A DNA stretch of 64,000 nt from Perkinsus olseni (lineage: Eukaryota), in assembly GCA_013115125.1 (NCBI GenBank), contig JABANN010000029.1, positions 1-64,000 on the forward strand, read 5' to 3'. The notes beneath the pieces were generated by a model, which saw only the letters and a list, made by a program, of their open reading frames with translations, had not been told where the DNA came from and did no database searches. Numbering within the stretch: position 1 is the stretch's first letter; each line of letters starts with the position of its first letter. Below are positions 51,258-64,000 of the stretch, in pieces. Made by a program: the position numbers and the translations under genes.

Positions 51258-52661
51258 ATGGTTGAACTCACCTCTGTTCTCTCAGCCATTACTCTTGTAT
51301 GCCTCCAAGTGGGCCCGAGGCCATAGGGAGATGCCATCGAGTGTTTATGTACCTGACTAGCCTCTGCCTCCTTACCGTAGGGGGTGTTACCCTCTCCACG
51401 ACAACAAGCCATAGCTTGAGCCGTGGAGGAGGGGGAGGAGGAGGAGGGGATGATGTGTAATACTCATGATGCTGCTTTCTCGCCATAACTTAGGGCCGGT
51501 TGCTATCACTCCGTCGCAGGTCCGTTCTCGACGATCTCGTCAATACGATATCGAACAGCCAGATAACCTTGAATGTGGAGGAGCCTGACGGGTCGGCGGC
51601 GGCGGATGCTTCCAATACAGCAGCCGAGGCTGATTCTGGAACAGTGCTCATGACAGCTGAACAACTGGCAAAGAACGGGTATGTTTGCAGTTGACCTTCC
51701 TGCTGCTGTCAAGTCGTGGGGCGCAGGAACAGTATGGCGGCACGGCTGGACTCTATTGAGGAAGCGATAAAACGGCAGCTCAATGGTGTACAGAGGATAG
51801 AGGCTGGTCACTGGGATGAGGTAACCATTCTCATGGCTGGTTATAGAGGTGTACATGCTGCCGCTGCTCTTGTTAGTTGAATCGGACTCATTACAACATA
51901 CAGTCGACTCGGACGCAGCAGGAAAACAATGAGAAAAGCCGACAGGCCTGTCTGGTGAGTTGTTAATGGGAGTAGTCTTGACTGATCGGGAGAGACCATC
52001 GATGGGCAGGTTGCTAATAATGAGGCCTCAGTGGAGCTGAACAACTTACTACGTGATATGATATCAGGGGCGGAGCAGGTGAATGATGATGTGGTACGTG
52101 GTACTACTCGTGGCCCCAGTTCCACAGTTATGTCTTGTTATGATAGGCCACCGCTAACAAAGTGAAGAGGAGGATGGAACTAGACTTGGTAAGGCTACAG
52201 TGACCCTCCGACGCCTTGCGACTGCATCCTCGCTTCTCAGTCGAAGTTCAATGATAGGATAAGTAGTCTGGATGCATGGCTGTTGAACATGGACAAGTGG
52301 ACCAAGTTTGTATTGGACCAAACCACCACTCGTAGGACTACTAGCCGACTGTCTCTGGATAAGGCAGCTCTATTCAGTTGATCGTGCCCAAGCCCGGCTC
52401 CTCCGTTGGGGTGATGAGACACGATCGACGCTGAATACGCACGAGGTGAGCAGAGGCGTGTGCATCGATCTCGACAGTTCTGCTGCGTTCTCAGGTTGGT
52501 GTGGTAAAATTAGGACGGGAAATGTTCAATCTCGAGACATCGATACTATCTCTGCAGGAGACGATCATGTCGGCGGCAGGGACAGTTGGATGTAGGAGGA
52601 TGATGATGCAGCTGTTGCTGGTTGTGCTACTGTTCGTCCATAGATAAACCCCTCATCCTGA
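51258..52661 (+). CDS. Hypothetical coiled-coil protein with a hydrophobic N-terminus
   Basis: MVELTSVLSAITL start; spliced helical segments MAARLDSIEEAIKRQL and KFNDRISSLDAWLLNMDKW. Confidence 0.5.
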
Positions 52662-52879
52662 CGATACCAGAGGCTGGTGGAGGCAACGACTGGCTGTACA
52701 CTCCCTTCACGTAGCTTTCAACCAATGGTTGTCCTCACATGAGCGGCCAGGCTAATGATAATGCATGATCTAATGGGTTGCTTTACCAAGGGGATCCAGT
52801 GTGGACTACTAGGCTTGTGTTGGGCTCAATCCTGGTCGTTGGTAATAGTGAGGCTGGTAGATTAGACTTCCCATTGCCA

Positions 52880-54330
52880 ATGAGTAATGATCGCATCCGT
52901 CGGAAGGTATCTGAGAGCTTGCTCGCTAAGATAGAAGACCAGCTAGGGAAGGGTAGGAGCTCCTCATTGGGGTCCGGGCCTCCGGAGGGAGTGGCGGAGT
53001 CGATGTCAATAGCGATGAGCGGGCCGAAAGTTGACGAAAGGGAAAATGTGCTGTCCACGGTGGGTGGAGCCACCATCGGAGGGGAAGCTGAAGCTCCCAC
53101 TAAAGTTGGCCACGATGCTACGGAGGCTGCTACTGGAAAGACCGGCGTAATCGAGAGAGCCGGGGCTACTAATAACGAGCACTCAAGGAGTCCTCTACAG
53201 GATGAGGTTTCTAGTACTGCCCTAGAACCGCACCGGCTACCAGCGGCAGCTCTTACGGCTGAGAACGGTCGAGGGGCGGGTGCCGGCGAAGGCCTACGTA
53301 CAGAGTCCAGACTAGCATTCGCGAGGCGGCCATCCTTACTGGCCTTCGCCAGGCAAGTCTCCCAAGCATCCAAGGAATTCGACAGAACTCTCCAGGCGAG
53401 GAGGCATTCGTTGCCAGAAGGCCGAGCTCACATGGCTGGTCGTGGATCATCGTTTACCATCGACCAGGACGATCTGACTCGCCGCATCAAGCGTAGTATT
53501 GACGCGTGTTCCGTTCGTTTCCGCTGCTATTGATCGGTTGTCAGAGGCCATGAGCATGGGGTATGGCATAAGACGGCTACAGGAAGTGCTTCAAGACTCT
53601 ACTGTCAACTCATCGACCAAGGCTATGATGGAGCGGGGATGGAGGAAATTGAGGGAATCTGAGTGAGGAGGGTCCTCGTATGTGACAGCGAGCATCGGAG
53701 TGCTGCCTCCTTGTAGCTCCAAGCTCCTTAAGTGGTTCGATGCAAGGGCGCGGGGGTGTCATCACTTGAGATGTGCTCTTCTTATTGTTGTATGTAGGCA
53801 GACGGCGATCGGGTCCATCCTCCCCGATGATTTTGGTGTTAGGTAAAATCCAGGTTGACTGCCGCGATGACTCGGCTACAGCTGCTGATGGAACATACAC
53901 CGACTAAGGACACTTGTAGGGCAGTGCTCATGGCAGCAGCATGGCTTATGGCCCAGCCGATTGCAGATCATCATGTGCAGCAAATCCCAAAGCTCCATCA
54001 TCTCTTCTCGGCAATGTATGAGACAGAGGTGGCCGTCGGTGTAGCACGCCTTCATGCTCTACTCGAGAAAGCTCTCCACAGGCATCTACGAGCGGCCATC
54101 ACAGTGCTGTGGTCCTGGGTACGCTGACGACATGCACACCGGTCATCGAGTTGCCGTAACTTTCAGCACGGTTCTAAAGGAGGCGAGAATAACAACAACA
54201 ACCCTCGACCATCTGTCGCGGCGAGTTTCGTGATTGGTTCTATCTCGCACGCCGTGGATGGGAGGTCGGGCCCAGCGCGTGCGGACGCCTCTTCAGAATG
54301 CCTCACTGTGGTCCCTGAGCGTGATGTGTT
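52880..54330 (+). CDS. Hypothetical protein; 3' end uncertain
   Basis: First exon of about 200 codons (MSNDRIRRKVSESLL...), followed by short-intron exons. Confidence 0.5.
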
Positions 54331-54543
54331 AGTGGTGAGCCTTTAAAGGGAGGCGTCTTGGCATTGTCATCGCCTTCAGAGGCTGTTGGCTGTCCTGAAA
54401 GAGCGGGAGAACGAACTGAGGCATCGGATAGAAAGGGGGATAGTTGCAACCGAAACATGAGGGTGTTGATAGGGTCTCTTGAGATAAGGGTGCTTGTGTT
54501 TAGCCCCCTGCATGTAGCCGACGGAAGCTATGGGTGGTAGTTG

Positions 54544-57322
54544 ATGTTATTGTCATCACTTGGCCGACGAGCAGGCATTCTAAATCAGTGGAGGCTGCAG
54601 TGGCGACAGCCCATCGTAGGGAGGCATAGCTATCATTTTGTACCGAGACCCAGCCCCATCTCACGGACCGCCTGCCTCGACAACTGCACGGCTGCCAAAG
54701 CGAGGCATTTCTGTGGTACCACCCTTGGGGCCAATGCTCAACCACCACCTCCACCACCACCACCACAATCCACGTCACATGGCCTTGACAACTCGGCGAA
54801 GGTCGATGATATTACTGAGTTCTTGGCTCTGGCCCGGGATGATTTGAATATGGTGAGCTGCTGCTGCTGCTGCTGATGCGGTCTGGACTGGTATCCTCGC
54901 TGTTGTAGGTGGCCAAGGACCTCGCGGACTCCAACACTATTGATAATAATGCTTTACAGTGGATGCGCAATGTGAGCTTCCTGACGCTGGCCTGCCATCA
55001 GTCGAGTCTGCTACCTCAGTACCGCGTCACCAATCTATCGGATACTCCTGAGAAGGCCAATTACATTTTAAAATGGACATTTATATGCTCAGCTGTAGTT
55101 TATTTCACAGGATGGGCTGCTCCCTTTGCGACCTACCCGTCAGATACCTTTCATAGGTTTCGGTTTCCTGGACAATTCGCTCATGCTCATCTTCGGCGAA
55201 CAGATTGATAACTCCCTTTGCGTGGTCATGGGATTCAGGTAGAGTCTGTATCACACCACTAAGCACACGGAAGCTCTTCTTCATTCTGTCAGTACCTTAG
55301 CGGCAGCGGCCTTAGGCAACGCCTTCTCCGACCTGGCCGGGGTCTTTGCTGGCTCTCATATAGAGCATCAAGCTGAACTGTAAGACTTTAGGTGCCCCTA
55401 AGGAGCACATGTTCCGTCAGGCGTGGTATCAAAGTGTCTCAAGTATCACTGAAAACGCAAAGCTCGCCAAGGTTCAAAGTAGCACTGTGGGTACACATTA
55501 GAATCCCAGCTTGCACCATGCCTCAGATGGCTAAGAGCTTCGGTCAGGCGGCAGGGCTCTTCTTTGGCTGTTTACTTGGAATGGCTCCGCTCCTCTGGCT
55601 GGATCCTCTCAAAGCCGAGCGCACCCGTCTGCAGAGTAACAGGTGGCGACTTGAAGGGCCCGTCATGAATCGCGACTTCAGACAAACGACGAGAGATATT
55701 CGATGAGACCATAGGCGAACTATGTAAGATTCTAGGCGCTAAGAGTGGAGTATTGATGCTCGTGGACAAGGACGAGAATGAGCTCTTCAGCGAGACGGGA
55801 GGCTCCAAAGGAGTTTTTAGGTAATCCGTTGTCTGTCATCCGCTGCCTCATACAACATCATGAGCAGATCCCCAATCGACGAGGATAATGCTGGCATCAT
55901 GGGATATGTCGCCGCCACTGGTCAAATGGTTAATATCGAGGATGTCTCCAAAACAGATTTTTATGACAAGACAAGGTGACGCCCATTGTACCATGATTCC
56001 TGGCCTGCATTCTCCCCAGGCATGATGATTATCATGGTCATGGCTTTGAAGCCGGTTCGATCATATGCATGCCTATCTTCGACTCCCTCGGGAATATCCT
56101 AGGTCAGCGCTAACCATCATGCCAGTGCTCCCTCGGATGGAAGGTGTACAGGTGTTGTGGAGCTGGCCAAGTCACGGCACTCGGGTCGAACCTTTAGCGA
56201 GAAAGACGAAGATCTTCTCGCTGCCATGTCGTCTCATATTGCTACCTACCTTCACGGTGCGGATGCTCCTCAGACCTTCAGAGCTGTGAGACGCGGCCCC
56301 TTATGGTCACTGCTGTCCACTTCTGATTCCGTTGTGGTACCTCTAGGTTCTGAATGCTTGCTCCTCGAACATGCTCGTGAAATCCTCTAGAGTGCTCCTC
56401 TCCCAGCAACAGAGGGAGGAGCGGCTGTTCGCGGATGTGATGCATGAAGTTAAAAGAGTCATGAAGGCCGGTGAGAGCACTCGTGCGGCTGCTCATACAG
56501 CATCAGGGATATCTCAGAGGCGGCAATGCTCATGCTGATGGATGACTCTACCTCTGACCAAACGCCTGTGCTCTACACCAAATACTGTGAGGGTATCGAT
56601 ATCAGCGAGACCACGCCAGTTGGTAGGAGGCCCACCATACTCGCACTTGGCCTTATTCCTCCGAGCTACGCTCAGGAGTCGGCATCATGGGCCATGTGGC
56701 TCAAACTGGTAAACCATTCATCGCGGATGATGTTAGAGAGGCCGGAGAGCTTTACGACCCGGAAAGGCACGAGAACTACAAAGGCACTGGGAGGCCGGTT
56801 CGCTCTGTCATGTGTGTAAGACAGTACTTGGCCTACCACCGCTTGGCTGCGCCGATTCTGTCCTTCTCAGGTGCCGATCTTCGACACTCGGAGGAGAGTC
56901 ATAGGGGTTATTGAAGTTATCAATAAGAAATCCCAGCGAGGCGAGCTAGACTTCTTCACGGGTACCGGCGACGATCTCACCAGCGTGAGAAATCAATCCC
57001 TCTTTCGTCAGAGCGAGATAGGGATATCCTCGGTAACATAGCCAACCACGTGGCGTTGAATGTTGAAGGAACGGGATCAAGCCTCAGAAAGGTACGTATC
57101 TCCGACTTGTCAACATCGCTGATTCCCCTTCGCTAGGTGCTACGAATGGTCCGAGAGCAAAGCAACACTACGGCTCAAATCGTCCGATCACCATCGTCCC
57201 TGAAGCCTATCCAGCTGACCTCTGAATCACAGGCTCCGAAGTCCAGCACGGCTCAAGTGGACAACGCAAGTGCATCACAGAGCGAGCATACGTCTGGTCA
57301 TGAGAACAGCAAAACCGTATGA
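54544..57322 (+). CDS. TMEM65-domain membrane protein fused to two GAF domains, with a mitochondrial presequence-like N-terminus
   Basis: PFIGFGFLDNSLMLIFGEQID, STLAAAALGNAFSD and GLFFGCLLGMAPL (TMEM65); GIMGYVAATGQMVNIEDV, GIMGHVAQTGKPFIADDV and VIGVIEVINKK (GAF x2). Confidence 0.85.
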
Positions 57323-57593
57323 ATCGCAGTCGGCTAGTTAGTGTGGCACACGCTCGCTCATCATCTCGGACTATTTTCTCCCACATCGAGCATGTCCAGA
57401 GCGGCGAGTCAGTGCTGCTTGAGTCTTCACCATTCTCCTGCCTGAATCCATACAGCTGTGTCACGAGCCTGCTCCAGTATTTGTCCTTCTCAAACTGTGA
57501 TTGTCTCCAGAACTGAAGCTTCTCTTTGCGTTCGGCGAAGGGACAGATAAGTCTGCCTTCCTCAGCCATTACTAACTAACTTGCCCCCATCCC

Positions 57594-58467
57594 ATGCACC
57601 TGTCCCCGCAGCTACCCGAGTAAGGGCCATCCCGGCATCCAATTGCATCATCCGGCGCTTCTTAGGGAGTCTCCTCTGGTGACACCCGAGCTGTACAAGG
57701 GCTATGAGGCAACATCCCCCATCGCACCGCTAGTGGATATCGGTTCTGCACCGAGTAGCCCGAGGAAGGAATATGCCAAGGTCTTCCTGCGTCGCAGTCT
57801 TTTACGAGAAGGATGCCTCGTGCCGCAGGTTCTCATCTCCCGTATCCGCCAGTCCAGCATCTACATAGCATACTGCATTCTGTGCATGCTGCTCTCTCTC
57901 ATCACCATGGCATTTCTGACGAGGTACCGATAATCGGTTAACCGGCTCTCCATCGTATCTTACGTGTTTAGGTTGGACTCGCCTTTTGTTCGGGAGTCCA
58001 AGACGGAGAAGATCGGGCTTGGTTTCATCGAGGTGGGCATCATATCCTTCAGGCTGGCAGTATGAACCGGCTTCTGCCTCGCAGGTCCTCCTGACCAGTG
58101 CTATCGCCAGCGAGTGTGCACTAGACATGTGGGCCCAAGGAGTGCGGGCCTATTTTATCAGCTTGTGGCATATATTCGATTTCGCCCTGGCGTTGACTTC
58201 TATTGCGTGCCTCGCAGCCGAGGCCGTTGCGGTCCGGTCTCTGCCTGAGAGGCCAGCCGCTATGCTCATCATGTTGAGGTGACGATCTCGCAGTAGCTGC
58301 ATGCTTCCCCTCATAGGTCTCTCAGGTACGGCATGATGGTGGCAAGAATCGTCAAGTTCGCCCACGATGCGTGCTCAGCGCAAATCCGAGTGCGTGTTGT
58401 TAGAGAGGCAGCGGTTGATTTTTCCAAGTTACCATCCGATGATGATAACGACTCCATCTGGTCATGA
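57594..58467 (+). CDS. Stand-alone voltage-sensor-like (S1-S4) membrane protein without a pore domain
   Basis: S1 IYIAYCILCMLLSLI; S2-S3 ECALDMWAQGVRAYFISLWHIFDFAL; S4 MLRSLRYGMMVARIVKF; stop about 30 residues later. Confidence 0.7.
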
Positions 58468-58582
58468 CTCATGAGGCTTCTGCCATCGTCATGGTGTCTG
58501 TGAGATGCTGAGTTATTTACTAGACTCGAGTGTCGAGTTTGTTAGTCGACTACTGACGGGCTGGCCGGCACGGTGCCTGACC

Positions 58583-61315
58583 ATGCTTCAATGGAAGACA
58601 TCATTCTTCCTCGCATTGAGTGTGCTCAGTGCCGGTAGCGACGCGTGTAGTCGGGGCCACTGGAGCGAGTTCCTGAAAGCTGTAGAGGCTGAAGGCTCGC
58701 CCGAGCCAGGTGCTGACGGCGGGGAAACAAACTCTAGTCATACTTCTGCTCAGTTGCTGTAGGGCAGTGGCTAACGGGTACATTACTAGCCGCGGAGCCT
58801 CTGCTCAGGAGACTCCTCGACGAGGTAGCCCTACTCGAGGCCCCTGCATCAGGGCACCTTGGGGCAGGTCTATCTTAACAACAAGCCAGATAATGGAAGC
58901 CTCATGATCCAGGAGTGCCCGAGGGGGTTCGGCAAGTTGTTCCTCATCCAGAAGTGAGACATCTTCATCAACCGCTGTAGCGGCCTAGCTCAGTTTTCAG
59001 TATAGCGGAGCAGCTCACTAGCCCGGACACGGTCCAGCACGCCCGAGGCATGGAGATCCTCTCTGGAGAGCTCAGGGAAACCTTTGGCTTCAGCGCAGAA
59101 TTTGCAAAGGTTGCCAAGCTTACAAGGCCCTCGTCACTCCTTATTCCCCTGCTGATGTTAGGCCCACCTCTCCGAGACGCTGCTCAGACAAGCATGGAAT
59201 CTTCGCCGGGAGGCTTTCCGCGAGCTCATCAACATCCACGTCTGGGACGAAGTTTCACTCGTTGTGGAGCCCGATATCATCGAGCGAATATGTCCCGTGT
59301 TCGTCGCTGGATCGCCACCAGCTACACTGATGGCTTCCTTAGACCCGCTCGGGCTCTCTGTTAGTGACAGCTCGCGCTGTGAGTTCATCCTCGGCCCCTT
59401 GGACAACTGGCGACTCCTTCCGGGGGATCCGAGCTTGATGCGAGCTCGACTGGCCGAAGCTGCGTATCTTCTGCAGAGTCGGCCCGACATTGGTGGCGTA
59501 TCTTTGAGATCGAAGCTCCTAGACGAGTACACTAATAGTGAATATCTTGCAGCCCTACTCGATCCCGACGGTATGACTGAAGATACGTCCCATGATTATC
59601 TTCTACTGCAGCTTGGGATGGCCCTTCGAGGTATCCCTGAGATACTCGCTGGTATCCGCGGTGGGCTCGTGGAGATCCCGGGGTTGAACCACAACAATAG
59701 ACCGACACCGTGCGGGTTTGACCTCGCTTGCTCACAGTTGTCCTTTTGGAACTACACGGGTTATGCCCACATGGATGTATGGCTCCGACGGCTCGATCAG
59801 CCACGTGAAGCGTCCTCTCTAATGGCAATCAGTCGGGGTATCTTCCGCCATACTCACCTCGAGTCTGTAGATACGGTCCCACCGTATGATATTGATATCC
59901 CAGCACCTGACCGACTTGAGATTTTTATCGCCCCGGTGGACGTAGTGGTCCCCTGCCGGGAGATGTTCGGCTGGCTGCTGGTGGACGCCATGCAGGAGCT
60001 TTCGCTGGCACTAGCGAGCTTCCGTCGCAGTAACCTGCATCTTGTGTTACCGGAGCTGATCCACGTCCATCAAGATAGTCGTTGGATGACAGAGGATCCG
60101 CTGGATGAGTGGCCACTCGAAGATGCGGTGCAACAGGCATGCCGCCTAACTAATAGTGAAGAAAGGATCCCCTTCTCCGAAGTCTTCAACCTTGCCTACT
60201 TCACCGAGAGCACAGGGGCTCAAGTCATCGACTGGGGTGCTTGGAAGATAGAGTCGCTCGATTGGTTGGTCATGTTGCGGGAGTTGCCGCTGCCCGGAGG
60301 CTACACTGAGGGGGTCTTCCAGGCGACGGGTCCCCATATACCTTGCCTGAACGCCACAGACGTGAACCGCGTGGCCATCCTTTTCGGCAGGCCTGTACTC
60401 ATCAAGAATACTCTCTGCGTCGCTTCCACAACGAACGCCTCATGGGACCCGCAAGCCTATCGCGCTGGCCTTGAGGGTATTTTATCAGAACACACAGGTG
60501 CCACTATCAATATAGGGTTCTACTTCTACTATTGGCTCGGTGGGGAGCGCAGTCGCATGACGATGTCGAGTGCCAGGGTCACCACAAGCATGGTGATGCC
60601 TAGCCTTTGGAGGAGTATACGCTTCAGTAACCTTAGATATCACTCAACTGTTTTTACGGTTTCGTTGCTGCTTTCGCTCTTCAGGCCCGGCTGTTCAGCA
60701 AGTGGCCGACACCATGTTCCCAGACGATGAGTATATCGCAGTACACTGGCGTTGGAGGGCCTCCGGGAAGATTCTCAAGTGGCCTAAAACTGCTCAGCGT
60801 TTGATTCCAACTTGGGTTAGTACGGACAAGAGAAGGTGAGTACTGCGAACGATATATTCCACTGCAGTGGAGGTGTCAGGCAGTTTCATTTCGCCCAACC
60901 ACAGTCCTTCGCCCGCTTGGTCTTCAACGCTTTGCCTTCCCCCGTTCGCTGCTATAACAAGTTCTTTCTGATGACAAATCTCCGACAGAACTCATCTCAG
61001 CTTGTCCAGTTCGAGGACGAATTGATTGCCATGCGAAGAGAGCAATGCCTTCCTTCAAGCGGAGCACTCAATATTACCGTAGGGAGCAGCCCTCCTAAGG
61101 AGACCCTCTCTAATATCGGACGGGCAAAATCCCTGGTCATCGAGATGGCAGTAGCGGCTAAAGCGCGGCACTTCGTCGGATTTGCTGACGGATGGATCGC
61201 CGGAACGGCCAGCGTTCTCACTTTGATCGTCACACAAATGCGTGTACATCAATATCATCGCGGCTTCGATTCAACTACATTCGCGTTTGACGGCGGTAAC
61301 GAGTACCTCCCATGA
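58583..61315 (+). CDS. Secreted/luminal O-fucosyltransferase-like (O-FucT clan) glycosyltransferase
   Basis: Signal peptide MLQWKTSFFLALSVLS; LVLPEL, PFSEVFNL, EYIAVHWR, FFLMTN and VIEMAVAAKARHFVG..S.LT. Confidence 0.65.
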
Positions 61316-61471
61316 AAGCTTGTCCAGTGTTTCATCAGTTGCGACAGGAAGTTTGAGTTCGGACTGAACAGTGGCTCCCCGAAGGTTCTTAACATCTCCA
61401 GACACTAGCTGCAACACAACACTGAACTCCGGAACATATCTCGAACCGAGAAAACGCTTGAACTGAGTGAA

Positions 61472-64000
61472 TCATAGGGGATGTGCAGGCGGCAGGCCGC
61501 TCGTTCTCGCGTGTAGGAAAGGACTGCCATACTCCTCAGACTCGATAATGGGAGCCGTTGAAATCCCTGCGGAGTTAGTCGCCGGCAGCTTATCGAATTT
61601 ATAGTCCTGTGGATTGGGCTGTGCACTCCAAACCTTCGATAACTGTCTCTTGGACCATCTAGTATCGGTTTCCTGAAAATCAGTCCCATCAAGAAGGCAC
61701 AGGGGGGAGCGCTGGTAGCTCATACCGTTTGAACCTTTTCCACTGGTCGGAAGTAGCCCTCAGGAACTGGCTCGAGGTATAAGTCACCAATATCCATACC
61801 TGAAAGATCGGCATGCGGAGTCCAGCGACACTGGCAGAAAAGATACCCGCGAACCAGGGATGGTTCATGACCTCTTCAATGCTAGGGCGGAGGTCCGGAT
61901 TCGGATTCAACAAATTCTTGATCAAGTCCTGGAAATAACAGAACGGAGATAACCAAACTCAGGGTAGAGCGGATACAGGGAAGCTCACCTGAGCATCAGA
62001 GCTTAAGCCGGCGAGCCTCTCATCACTGCCGGCGTCCGCACCTTCGAAGTGTACAATCCTGGAAAGGGGCTAATCCGTCCAGTAACTTCGCACTCCGAAC
62101 CTACTTGTCCTCCATTTCCTCATCAGCTGCTGCATCGGCCCACTCGGGTGGCCTGCCGGTCAACAGCTGGTACATCACAACGCCGTAAGCCCACAAGTCA
62201 GATGCAACGCTAGGGTACTGTCCTCGGAGCAGCTCAGGAGCCATGTAAATCTGAAACGGAGACCGTCCCATCCTGCCTAGCGGCCACCAATACAACACAG
62301 CGGAGTACTTACAGTGGTTCCCTCCATCTTTGTTGGATCCAACTCACTCTCGTCGAAGTGGTCGGCCTCCGCTTCGACACTGCCGTTATTAGAACTGAAT
62401 GGAAGCATCCACGATAATAACTCTTCAGCGACGGAATGCTTGTCACCCTTCATATTTCCAGTCTCCACTGCGGAGCTCTTGAACTGCGTGACGGCTCTTC
62501 TCAACCTCCTTCTCAGCTTCAGCCGTGTACGGCCTCGCACCACCAAAATCTGTCAGCTTCATGTGCCTTGTGGATGTGATGACTATGTTCTCTGGCTTCA
62601 AGTCAACGTAACTGAGGACGTCCCGCTAACAGACTTCCACGACCCCTACTTCTCCTACACGAAACCTTGCTGGTGGATGCTGTCGAGAGCCGCGAGGACT
62701 TCCGCCAACGCTCTTTTGGCCTCGCCCTCGCTAAGTCCCGACGGATGGGCCTGCAGGTAATCAAACCTGATAGGAAGGCTATGGAGCTGACCATGACTAC
62801 TACGACGCGGCCTACATGTCACCGTTGGCAGCGTACTCCAGTACTAGGTAGCACTCACTATGGTACATAAAGGCAGACACCAGACGGGTTATACCTGAAG
62901 GGGCCATTGGATCCTCTCTCCTCAATAACAAGAGAGCCACTACGTACCCGGATGAGGCATAAGCCGCAGGATGGCAATCTCTCGGGATGTGTTCTGACTA
63001 TACTTGGCGAGTACATCAGGATGAATTACCTGATCCGAAGGCTACCACTACTAGGGACAAACATCAGAAGCTACCTTAACAGCATACTCTGGCCACTCGG
63101 AGCGAGCCTTGCCCTTCTGTGTGACGAGATACAGTAGAACCGTGGAAAAAGCTCCCTTCCTAAATCGCCAAAAATGGTTAATCCGAAGAGGGCATATGAG
63201 CGGCATACCCTATTTCGCGAGCTCGGACCATCTGATGGAACTTGAGGTTGGTGAGAATGGTCGGACTCGGCGCTGTGAGAGCTTCCTCCCACACCTGGTT
63301 CAACAGTACGCATCGCTCCGCCTCCCGTAGCCACCATACCTTTTCCTTGTGAGGGCCTTCGTGAGGAGTACAGTTTTCGCAGAAGCGATGGATGACCGTC
63401 AAAGGGTCTAACGATGACACAATCAGAATGGAAATTCAATGCGACCACCGTCAGGGGAGAAGGGCCTACCGCTGTTGTCATCGATGGCATCGTCATTCTT
63501 CGGAGGAGCCCTAGCTTTGGGCTCAGGTGCCCAGGGCGCTATTCCAGTGATAGTGACAGGAGGCTGGGCACCGCTGCCACGCGAACGACCGATCGAAGAC
63601 ATCTCGGCGAGACTTGGGGGCTTCGGCACGGCGGGAGGAACGGGTACTAATCGAGTGTGCATCCAGGGCAAGCGTCGCGCGGCAAGCTCACCCCGCTTGG
63701 CATGCAGCTTCGCCTCTATAGCCTTCCTCGTCGCCTCGTCTTTCTCACTCTTTCGTTTGGCGTCGCGTGCTGCTTCGACGCTTACAGTCGCTGCCTTCTT
63801 GAATGCTGCTGGCTTCGCCTTCTCCAAGTCAGCAAGTACGTTAGCTATCATCTTATTGACCTGATAACGAAACCCATAAGGCAGCAAACCACCGTTGAGC
63901 GTGGCCGGGATTACCGTGGGGTTCCAATGCATATGCCCTCCGTTGAACAAGAGAGGCACCATTGTTGACACCCATTCGTCGGAAACAGCCAAATCCTCGC
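61472..64000 (-). CDS. Ser/Thr protein kinase, AGC/PDK1-like; 5' end lies beyond the window
   Basis: [64 protein letters not shown] and [15 protein letters not shown]. Confidence 0.85.

Noticed and set aside
1-64000. Spliced-leader gene or relic (ACCGTAGCCAT...GGCTCAAG), tRNA or rRNA
   Set aside because: Only short partial matches such as ccgtagcc or ggctcaag by eye; no full motif or cloverleaf seen

Overview
This is eukaryotic, very gene-dense DNA of roughly balanced GC content. It holds about 30 intron-rich protein-coding genes, with introns mostly 40-70 nt and very short intergenic gaps. The style and gene content (RAP-domain protein, short degenerate introns, same-strand gene runs) suggest an alveolate such as Perkinsus; that assignment is inference. 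Because genes are spliced, the ORF track shows only fragments, so gene spans are hand-assembled and many ends are approximate. Recognisable genes include a SAC phosphatase, a CmcI-type O-methyltransferase, CDPF1, ZNF598/Hel2, a Ttd14-like AAA_28 protein, two TIPIN/Swi3 copies (one with a premature stop), DNAJC25, a Rieske-like/cytochrome b5 reductase fusion, a RAP protein, an EF-hand protein, Oxa1/Cox18, a cyclin, a TPR protein, an OpgC/AT3-like acyltransferase, EAF6, THADA/Trm732, THOC7, an Asp/Asn beta-hydroxylase, a TMEM65-GAF-GAF fusion, a pore-less voltage-sensor protein, an O-fucosyltransferase-like protein and a PDK1-like kinase. The main non-coding structure is a ~760-bp TA-flanked foldback MITE with 51-bp modular TIRs and an internal hairpin. 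I found no rRNA, tRNA, CRISPR array or spliced-leader copy.
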